From Candidatus Thalassarchaeaceae archaeon (GTDB lineage: Archaea > Thermoplasmatota > Poseidoniia > Poseidoniales > Thalassarchaeaceae), in contig JALRLV010000002.1 of assembly GCA_023268715.1 (NCBI GenBank), positions 18,737 to 82,736 on the forward strand: a stretch of DNA of 64,000 bases, read 5' to 3'. Every line of letters starts with the position of its first letter. Within the stretch, counting starts at the first letter, position 1. Below are positions 57,213 to 64,000 of the stretch, piece after piece. The translations under genes were made by a program, and so were the position numbers. The notes below the pieces were generated by a model. That model saw only the letters and a program-made list of their open reading frames with translations. It had not been told where the DNA came from and did not search any database.

Positions 57213-57301
57213 GGCGATGCAAGCCCCGTTCAGCGGTGAATAACGGTCTTAAGTCGCAGTTGAGGCTCGTCAGACGTTCCGTAGGAACGGTGGCTTGCAG
57301 C

Positions 57302-58945
57302 ATGGCGGATTCAGGCGTTTGGATGAGGAGGCTAACGTCGAGGCAGTCTCGACGTCTTGCAATCACCACCGCGTTCTGGTTAATGTTAGGAATTCTACTC
57401 TTTTCAATTCTACAAACATACATCATCACCGGTGAAAAACAGCAGTCTGCTTACGGTGATGATTGGAATGATTTGAACGGATTTAGAGATGAAGTATCGG
57501 ATCTAGGAATTGAAACCACGGCATTAATCTCAAGTCCATTATTGCTAACAGAAATTGATGATCCTGAACAGGCAATTTTTGTTATCTCGGGCGTTGAAAG
57601 AGATACGATTTCTTTACCAAAATTTACAGGAGATGAAAGCATTGTCGATTTCCGAGAGGCTGATGGATACACCAGTTCCGAAATATCTGCAATCAGGGAT
57701 TTTGTTGACGCTGGCGGTACTCTTCTATTGATGGATGATTTTGGTTACTCCGCGAGTCTCGCAGACGAATATGGCTTGACCTACTCGGGCCATCACCTCT
57801 ACGATGGTGAAGCGTGGGCTAAAGAACTAGACTTCAATTTCGTTTGGGTGAACGAAACTTCTGCATTCAATTTTACTTCGACTTCTGGTTCAGTTGCAAT
57901 GGCGATGCATCCGTGTCTGCGAGATGTGGATCTTGATGGAGTAATAGATTTACTTGACGACGAACCATATGACCCGAATGTAGGTGGCGTGATTACAGAG
58001 CAAAATGTTGGACTGTGTGCCCATAGGTGGGATCCAGAAACCGGTGAATGGGACTTTACAGAAAACTACAATCTATTGACAAATTCCCCATCAGCATTTG
58101 AAAAGGATGGAGCGTTCAATCCCGCTGAGAATCGTTATGCCATTAGTGCAAGTACTCTTGATTCATATCTAGATACCAACGATGATGGTAACCTTACAGT
58201 CGGCTTTGAGGCGGCAGGAATAGCAGGGGATGAACAAGGTCCATTTGCTGTTTATGTCAGATACTGTGTAGATAGAATGTGTTTAGATTCTGATTCCGGA
58301 CGAGTTCATTTTGTCAGCGATGGTTCGGTACTAATTAATTCACTTTACAGGGCAGGGCCTGATAGCCCGTACGCCGACTCCGTCCCCTTAAACGATAATC
58401 GCAAGTGGGCTCTAGACATTATCGCTGAAGCTCTACTTCTAGGAAATACGAGCACAAATGCGGGTGAAGAAGCCATCATTATTTTCGATGAATCTCGACA
58501 TCAACAAGAAACTCCAATGGGTGATACCTACAATCTACTATACTACATTCTAGTTTACTTCACCAACGACTGGATGGCCATGCTGATTCTATTCCTAACT
58601 CTCTTTATCGTATTAGAAGCGGTCCTGATTCGCAAGGATGATCCGGAGGATTGGCGTCATGTATTCCGAATTATTTACTACGGATTCGGCGATGCTCGAA
58701 GGTATGACTACTATCAGAGACCTCAGAAAATAAGGCAGGTGTTATTGACGAGAGTTCGTAACCTCAATACTATGTCTCGAGAGGAATTCGATGCGCTACC
58801 TGCTGCTGAATTACAGCGTATTGTCGATGATCCTGTGTTAGTCCAATTTATCTTCGAAGATAGACGATATAAGCCAGATGAGTTGGTTGGAATAATCAAA
58901 CGAATCAAGGCATGGGGTCAAACTACAGAGGAGAGTGATGCCTAA
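57302..58945 (+). CDS. DUF4350-like membrane protein (N- and C-terminal TM, extracytoplasmic GATase1-like domain) with Asp-rich insert
   Basis: First ATG at 57302; the track start at 57209 is a TTG overlapping the upstream gene. N-terminal TM, an IFVISGVERDT...IRDFVDAGGTLLLMDD block typical of DUF4350, a calcium-binding-like DVDLDGVIDLLDDEPYDPN segment, and a C-terminal TM. Confidence 0.5.
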   Translation: MADSGVWMRRLTSRQSRRLAITTAFWLMLGILLFSILQTYIITGEKQQSAYGDDWNDLNGFRDEVSDLGIETTALISSPLLLTEIDDPEQAIFVISGVERDTISLPKFTGDESIVDFREADGYTSSEISAIRDFVDAGGTLLLMDDFGYSASLADEYGLTYSGHHLYDGEAWAKELDFNFVWVNETSAFNFTSTSGSVAMAMHPCLRDVDLDGVIDLLDDEPYDPNVGGVITEQNVGLCAHRWDPETGEWDFTENYNLLTNSPSAFEKDGAFNPAENRYAISASTLDSYLDTNDDGNLTVGFEAAGIAGDEQGPFAVYVRYCVDRMCLDSDSGRVHFVSDGSVLINSLYRAGPDSPYADSVPLNDNRKWALDIIAEALLLGNTSTNAGEEAIIIFDESRHQQETPMGDTYNLLYYILVYFTNDWMAMLILFLTLFIVLEAVLIRKDDPEDWRHVFRIIYYGFGDARRYDYYQRPQKIRQVLLTRVRNLNTMSREEFDALPAAELQRIVDDPVLVQFIFEDRRYKPDELVGIIKRIKAWGQTTEESDA

Positions 58946-60198
58946 TGTGGACACGTAAGGCAGCAATCATGCTGACCAGTGGTATTTCTCTAATATTGAT
59001 TGGAATGATGATATCTCATTTCCAATTGATGATAATCGGTCTGACCTTCATCGCTTTCTTAGTAATTAATGGCTGGGTGACGGGTCACTCAGACCTCGAG
59101 ATTACTAGAAATATTTCAGCTCAAAACGTGTATAAGGGAGACGATATCTTAGTTGAAGTCAGCGTCACGAACAACTCGTATCGTAGAACTCAATTGCTAG
59201 AGGTATTCGACAATGTCCCTCATGAGATGAAAATGAGGCGGGGAATCAATCAGATGAGAATGAATCTCGGTCCCGGACAATCCGCTACAATGCGATATAC
59301 TGTTCGTTGCCCACTCCGTGGTCATTACACCGTGGGGCCAGTTTCTGTCCGTCATCGTAACGCATTCAATCTCTTTGTCAATGAATCAAAAGTTGACGAT
59401 AGAACCGACATTACGGTTTTTCCACAAGTTCGTGAAGTTGAGGAAGCCCTACTTCGGTCCAATGTGCCAAAAATGTATACCGGGGCAACAACTCTGAAAA
59501 CTCCTGGCCAAGGAATGGAATTCTATTCGCTGCGTGAGTACCTGCCCGGAGATTCCTTCCGAATGATTAACTGGAAGGCATTTGCTAGAACTGGAGAATT
59601 GATGGTCAATGAAAAGACTCGTGACGCTGTTACAGACGTGTTCATCATTCTTGACACTAGAGACGTTGCAAGGATAGGAACAGTCCTCAAGAATCCATTG
59701 GAGATGGGTACTGTAGCGGCTGCTTCGATTGCAAATTATTTCATTCGCCGCCGTGATTCTGTTTCGATAGTCACCTATGGTGATAGGATGAACTACCTTC
59801 CACCAGAAACGGGTGATAAACAGTACTACAAGACTCTGAGTATGCTTGCTGGCGTAACTTCCAAAGGCAGTATGCCATTGCAAGCGGTGACCAATGCAAT
59901 GAGTTCTCGAATCAGTCGAGGATCTCCGGTATTCATCATAAGTAGCCTTGAAGGTGATGGAACAACACTCCCTGCAATCCGAAACCTTGCGGGTAAAGGC
60001 CACGAGGTCATCGTTCTGTCACCATCAAGCATCGACCTTGAGAGATTGGTAAGTAGAATACCAAGAATGTCCTATGAGGTACTCAAACTGGAGAGACAGA
60101 ACAGATTAACGGCAATTTCAGGATATGGAGCAAAGGTCATCGATTGGATGCCAGATATTGAGTTATCACAGGCTTTGCTACAGGTTAAGTCGGCATGA
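58945..60198 (+). CDS. DUF58 family protein (vWA-like, MoxR-operon-associated family)
   Basis: Two N-terminal TMs, an Ig/CARDB-like segment, and the signature block GMEFYSLREYLPGDSFRMINWKAFARTGELMVNE (the consensus E-F-x-x-L-R-E-Y-x-P-G-D-x-x-R-x-I-D-W-K of DUF58). A TAATG overlap joins it to the upstream gene. Confidence 0.7.
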   Translation: MWTRKAAIMLTSGISLILIGMMISHFQLMIIGLTFIAFLVINGWVTGHSDLEITRNISAQNVYKGDDILVEVSVTNNSYRRTQLLEVFDNVPHEMKMRRGINQMRMNLGPGQSATMRYTVRCPLRGHYTVGPVSVRHRNAFNLFVNESKVDDRTDITVFPQVREVEEALLRSNVPKMYTGATTLKTPGQGMEFYSLREYLPGDSFRMINWKAFARTGELMVNEKTRDAVTDVFIILDTRDVARIGTVLKNPLEMGTVAAASIANYFIRRRDSVSIVTYGDRMNYLPPETGDKQYYKTLSMLAGVTSKGSMPLQAVTNAMSSRISRGSPVFIISSLEGDGTTLPAIRNLAGKGHEVIVLSPSSIDLERLVSRIPRMSYEVLKLERQNRLTAISGYGAKVIDWMPDIELSQALLQVKSA

Positions 60199-60210
60199 GG
60201 GTGTGAAGAT

Positions 60211-61428
60211 ATGGCAATGGAAACAGTACCACCAAGTCAGACATTACATATTCCTCGTTTACGCCGTCGCTGGCAAATTCTATGCCTACAGATAATCGCT
60301 ACAGCCGCTCTACTTGCTTTATTTTTCAGGATGACTGAAGTATACGGCCCGTGTGATGATGGATTCCTAGAAGACGGCAACAATTGGTGTCCTTCTTACG
60401 AACATACTAGAGGTCTAATGTGGGTTAATGACCAAACCTCTTTCCAAAATAATGCACTCTCGGGAAGTGATGGTTTGATTCTACCCCGAGGATTGACTGG
60501 AATCGACTCAACAGGCTTTGCAAGTCAGGTTGCTCCACTTACTATGTGCTTCCTTATTGCAGGATTGTGGATGCTCTATCAAGCTAGAGATGAAAAGGTA
60601 AAGCAGTGGACTCGCAGAGGTTTTACCGGGGCTATCGTACTATGGGCCCTCGTTCCATTCATCCTAGATTGGTTTGATGAGATTGGAGTTATCGGTTTTC
60701 ATCTTCCATTGCAGCACATAGGTTCTCTATTCCAACCACTACAATTAGCAATTGAGCTATTCTTCGTTGGGATTGTCTTCGCACCCATATTGGCCGGGTT
60801 AATCGGTATCTGGAGCCTATCTCGTAGGGCACTTACTTGGTCAGTTGGCTTCTTTTTGATGGTTATCGGAGTACACGCGTTACTTACCTTCCAAGGAATA
60901 ACAGATACAGTGGCCGGTATTGGCCTCAAGCCGCTGCCAGCGCAAATTGGCGAAGCGACCCTGTATGGTGGACTTATTTCTCCATTAACGCTTGATTTAC
61001 TAGGAATAGCTATTCTGATACTGCTATTTCACGAGGCCGGCAATGCCGTTATTGTTCATCTTGAGTATGCGGTGATGTTACCAGATGCTAGTAAGTCCGA
61101 TCCAGAATATGTACGTCAATTCAACAATGTAGTGAATAGTCACCTGTTGCATACAGTTGCAATTATTGGCGGTGTAGCCATTACTACTGCACTCGCACTC
61201 GAGTTTGATGCACTAATGCTCGATATATTGGCAGTAATGGAAGGTGGGCAATGGAGTGGACAAGTTTCCGAGTCCCTTGAGTTGCAATTGACATACGGGA
61301 AGGTTATCTCAGCTGGGTTATTCCTATTGGCGGTGGCTGGAATGAGATATGTGGTGCCATGGCAGAGGGTTAGCGGTCTAATCGAAACTGGAATTGCTAG
61401 TCTCCGCGGTACAAGATTGGATTCCTAA
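60211..61428 (+). CDS. Polytopic membrane protein, hypothetical (third gene of the DUF4350/DUF58 cluster)
   Basis: About 10 TM helices; starts 13 nt after the DUF58 stop. No motif recognised. Confidence 0.4.
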   Translation: MAMETVPPSQTLHIPRLRRRWQILCLQIIATAALLALFFRMTEVYGPCDDGFLEDGNNWCPSYEHTRGLMWVNDQTSFQNNALSGSDGLILPRGLTGIDSTGFASQVAPLTMCFLIAGLWMLYQARDEKVKQWTRRGFTGAIVLWALVPFILDWFDEIGVIGFHLPLQHIGSLFQPLQLAIELFFVGIVFAPILAGLIGIWSLSRRALTWSVGFFLMVIGVHALLTFQGITDTVAGIGLKPLPAQIGEATLYGGLISPLTLDLLGIAILILLFHEAGNAVIVHLEYAVMLPDASKSDPEYVRQFNNVVNSHLLHTVAIIGGVAITTALALEFDALMLDILAVMEGGQWSGQVSESLELQLTYGKVISAGLFLLAVAGMRYVVPWQRVSGLIETGIASLRGTRLDS

Positions 61429-61433
61429 ATCCC

Positions 61434-61685
61434 TCATCTAATTCCGAGTAAATTCTCAAAAATTAGAACTATTTGATTAGAAATATAGAGGGTGGCTAAT
61501 CCAAGGATAATGAAAGCAACCGGGTTAGCCCACCACCCTATTTGAGGTTCAATAGCAGAAACCACCTCGTTACTTATTTGCCAAGCCCCGAATATACAAG
61601 CAAAGAGGACGAATCTATCCATCCAAGGCGAGGTCTTCTTTCCGGCTTTATTTGCCCTATTGGGTAGGTTGCCAACCTCGCTCAT
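61434..61685 (-). CDS. Small 2-TM membrane protein (hypothetical)
   Basis: The ORF track gives 61434..61961, which overlaps the TtuA gene. The hydrophobic C-terminal 83 aa starting at the internal ATG (61685) are the plausible gene. Confidence 0.3.
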   Translation of the reverse strand: MSEVGNLPNRANKAGKKTSPWMDRFVLFACIFGAWQISNEVVSAIEPQIGWWANPVAFIILGLATLYISNQIVLIFENLLGIR

Positions 61686-61790
61686 GGTTAGGTTGTGAAA
61701 AATATCGCCAATATATGCACCGATTGGCCTTATTCCTATTCTACATGCAATATCAGTTGGGTTCAAGCCACAGAGGTCAGCCCGCAGGTT

Positions 61791-62795
61791 ATGGCCGCAG
61801 GTATCGACATAGAGGCATGCAGTCGCTGTGACAAGCCCGCTATATTGCACCAAGAATACAGCGGCCAACACTTCTGCGCCTATCACCTGAGGCAATCGAT
61901 TAGAAAGCGAGTGTCCAAAGATTTGCGTAGTCAATTGGTCTTGCCCAAAAACGCCAATCACGAGGATGGTCGGCCATTCACAATTCTGGCCTGCGTCTCC
62001 GGTGGTAAGGATTCTGCAGTGTTATTGGATATGCTGGTGGATATTATTGGAAAGCGACGCGATGTGAAAATCATCGCCGGTTGTGTTGATGAGGGAATAG
62101 ATGGATACAGATCACCTTCATTGGAATGTGCAAGGGAATTAGCCGAATCCTTGTCAATCGATTTTGTTACTTTATCTTATGAAGAAATGGGTTATGAAAG
62201 AATGGACAAAGTCGTACAAAGAATGCCGATTATTGCCAATAATCATGATGAGGCGAAAGGAATGATGCCTTGCTCATATTGTGGTGTTTTTCGCAGGCAA
62301 AGTCTCAACGCCCTTGCCGAAAAAGTACAAGCAGATGTTATGGCGCTAGGGCATAACCTCGACGATATGGCTCAATCGATATTGATGAATTTGCAAAAGG
62401 GCGAGATAGAGCGAAGTGTAAGACTCGCCCCACACACAGACACTCCAATCGAAGGACTAGCGCCGCGGATAGTTCCGTTACGTTGGGTGCCTGAACAGGA
62501 AATTCATGCTTATGCCTTCTCCAAGGGACTTCCAATTCATCATGGAGATTGTCCTCATGCACCTGGAGCAATGAGACAACAAAGCCGGGCAATTGTAGCC
62601 TCTTTGGAGGCCCAAAGTCCGGGTGCTCGTCACGGATTGCTTCACGCTTTGGAACAGATTAGGCAGTTATACCGAGAGGCAAGAGGGAGCCATCAGTCGG
62701 ATGTTACAAACTGTCAACAATGTGGGGAAATAACAAGTCGCCCAATCTGCCAATCCTGTATCATGAAAGAATGGTTAGCGGAATCCTCTCTGTGA
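61791..62795 (+). CDS. TtuA/Ncs6-family tRNA 2-thiolation PP-loop ATPase
   Basis: Start taken at the ATG at 61791. N-terminal zinc finger C-x2-C...C-x2-H, PP-loop SGGKDS, the CSYCGVFRR and DCPH cysteines (an Fe-S-binding triad in TtuA), and a C-terminal CxxC...CxxC finger. Confidence 0.7.
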   Translation: MAAGIDIEACSRCDKPAILHQEYSGQHFCAYHLRQSIRKRVSKDLRSQLVLPKNANHEDGRPFTILACVSGGKDSAVLLDMLVDIIGKRRDVKIIAGCVDEGIDGYRSPSLECARELAESLSIDFVTLSYEEMGYERMDKVVQRMPIIANNHDEAKGMMPCSYCGVFRRQSLNALAEKVQADVMALGHNLDDMAQSILMNLQKGEIERSVRLAPHTDTPIEGLAPRIVPLRWVPEQEIHAYAFSKGLPIHHGDCPHAPGAMRQQSRAIVASLEAQSPGARHGLLHALEQIRQLYREARGSHQSDVTNCQQCGEITSRPICQSCIMKEWLAESSL

Positions 62796-62799
62796 TTTT

Positions 62800-63837
62800 T
62801 CAAGTGTGGAATCTATGAGGGCTGGATACGTGATTTATTCCTGCGGTAGAATCTACCATGCCTCGTTCGATAGAATGTTTATCAGATAACGCCTGTTTGA
62901 TTGAATTTACAGGGGCGCATGGAATACCATCGAGTAAAGCTTCCAATTCACTAGACGCGAACTCAATTACAGATTTTGAAATTAATTCATCTACCGATGC
63001 TCTATCTTCAACACGTTGAGCATTTTTGGACCAATTAGACTCTTCCGGAATTTCTAATCTCAATGCCTCGACCAATTTCATCCATTGCTCATCTGAGCCT
63101 ACTGCAATAACAAAATCACCGTCTAAAGTTGAATAAGCTCGATATGGCACTAGATTTGGATGCGAAGTCCCCATCGTTGTAGGATTAATTCCAGAAATTA
63201 TTGCGTTCTGAGCTTGATTAACCAGCAAATCCAAAGCACAATCCCAGAGGGATAAGGTCAGTTTAGCACCAATTCCTTGTTTCTCTCTTCTGTAAAGGGC
63301 TGCAAGAATTGCGGAACTAGCATGCAAACCGGTTGCAACATCAATTACTGCAACTCCAACTTTAGCGGTATTCCCATTTTCGTCCCCTGTAATAGACATC
63401 AATCCACTACGTGCCTGCATTACAATGTCGTAACCACCTTCTGTAGATCTTGGACCGTCATTTCCGTAGGCGCTAATGCTGCAAACAATCGCATTTTCTG
63501 GCCATGACTCAAACCATTCTTCGAATTTACCAGGGCGGAAATTTTCGATAATTATGTCTGAATCGGAAATCAAATTCCTGACATCTTCCAAATCGCTTTG
63601 AATCTTGAGATTTTTTCTAATTACTGATTTTCCTAAATTAACAGAAGTCCAATATGCTGCGACTTGGTCATTTTCTATCTCTGTAAATGGAGGTCCCCAT
63701 CCTCTGGTATCATCACCCCAAGGTGCTTCAACTCTCAGAACAGTTGCTCCTAAATCAGAAAGTAACTTTGCAGTATAAGGTCCAGCTAATACTCTGGATA
63801 AATCGAGAACCCTTACACCCTCTAAAGGTCTAAACAT
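62800..63837 (-). CDS. Family III CoA-transferase (CaiB/BaiF family)
   Basis: N-terminus LEGVRVLDLSRVLAGPYTAKLLSDLGATVLRVE and a catalytic Asp region in GDENGNTAKVGVAVIDVATG. Confidence 0.8.
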   Translation of the reverse strand: MFRPLEGVRVLDLSRVLAGPYTAKLLSDLGATVLRVEAPWGDDTRGWGPPFTEIENDQVAAYWTSVNLGKSVIRKNLKIQSDLEDVRNLISDSDIIIENFRPGKFEEWFESWPENAIVCSISAYGNDGPRSTEGGYDIVMQARSGLMSITGDENGNTAKVGVAVIDVATGLHASSAILAALYRREKQGIGAKLTLSLWDCALDLLVNQAQNAIISGINPTTMGTSHPNLVPYRAYSTLDGDFVIAVGSDEQWMKLVEALRLEIPEESNWSKNAQRVEDRASVDELISKSVIEFASSELEALLDGIPCAPVNSIKQALSDKHSIERGMVDSTAGINHVSSPHRFHT

Positions 63838-64000
63838 ATATTCCGCTTGATGAGAAAGTGCATCAATAGTTGTATGCTGATGGCTTGTAAATGCACTAAT
63901 TTTCAGTAGAATTTGACTTCCACTTCCATCTCTTGACTAACCGATTTGTGAACAGGACAGGCCAAGCCTCGCTTGATTAACCACTCCCTGTCTTCACTAT

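Noticed and set aside
1-64000. CRISPR arrays, IS elements, integrases, toxin-antitoxin pairs
   Set aside because: There are no direct repeats with regular spacers, no transposase or integrase-like ORFs, and no inverted terminal repeats. The only repeats are protein-level CARDB domains within two genes. The window looks like core chromosome.
63902-64000. Partial minus-strand ORF at the window end (C-terminus ...EDREWLIKRGLACPVHKSVSQEMEVEVKFY)
   Set aside because: Only about 33 codons are inside the window with no identifiable motif. It is probably the 3' end of a real gene upstream of the CoA-transferase, but it cannot be annotated.

Overview
The window reads as a stretch of an archaeal chromosome, most likely a marine heterotrophic euryarchaeon of the Thermoplasmatota / Marine Group II type. 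That placement is inference from gene content, roughly 47-50% GC and Shine-Dalgarno-led starts. The archaeal hallmarks are aIF1A, Hjc resolvase, MC1 chromatin protein, a Sec11-type signal peptidase, CDC48, an 11-subunit nuo operon lacking nuoEFG with a split nuoJ, and a RIO1-KH operon. Gene density is high: about 55 CDSs, many with overlapping stop/start codons. I found no rRNA, tRNA, CRISPR array or mobile element.

Layout along the window:
- 2-11.7 kb: a cell-surface island. It holds a 5'-truncated giant secreted protein, a small single-pass protein, a membrane-anchored S8 subtilisin with CARDB-like repeats and a cytoplasmic C4HC3 zinc-finger tail, and a second CARDB-repeat surface protein.
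- 11.8-23.7 kb: a complete nuoABCDHIJ1J2KLMN respiratory complex I operon. NuoH, NuoI and NuoL carry lineage-unusual insertions.
- 24.2-26.4 kb: the conserved aIF1A-RIO1-KH(Dim2) operon. The aIF1A carries a strikingly eukaryote-like acidic C-terminal tail.
- 27.8-33.0 kb: a methylcrotonyl-CoA-carboxylase-type cluster (carboxyltransferase, enoyl-CoA hydratase, biotin carboxylase, separate BCCP), followed by a DUF4126-like membrane protein.
- 33.0-40.8 kb: seryl-tRNA synthetase, a presenilin/signal-peptide-peptidase-like intramembrane aspartyl protease, folC, dCMP deaminase, a P-loop kinase and an Lhr helicase.
- 40.9-48.4 kb: a PI-PLC-like lipoprotein, a long Sec11-type signal peptidase I, an S2P/RseP metalloprotease, Hjc, a RuvX/YqgF-like nuclease, a macro-domain protein, an AsnC RAM-domain protein and MC1.
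- 48.5-63.8 kb: sdhCAB (minus strand), an aldehyde dehydrogenase, CDC48 with a coupled PRC-barrel protein, a DUF4350-DUF58-polytopic membrane cluster lacking a MoxR ATPase, a TtuA/Ncs6 tRNA thiolase and a family III CoA-transferase.

No single locus is unambiguously a new system. The best candidates for follow-up are:
- the anchored subtilisin with an intracellular zinc finger and its surface-protein island;
- the MoxR-less DUF4350/DUF58 cluster coupled to CDC48-PRC;
- the Hjc plus RuvX-like nuclease pair;
- the eukaryote-like aIF1A tail.
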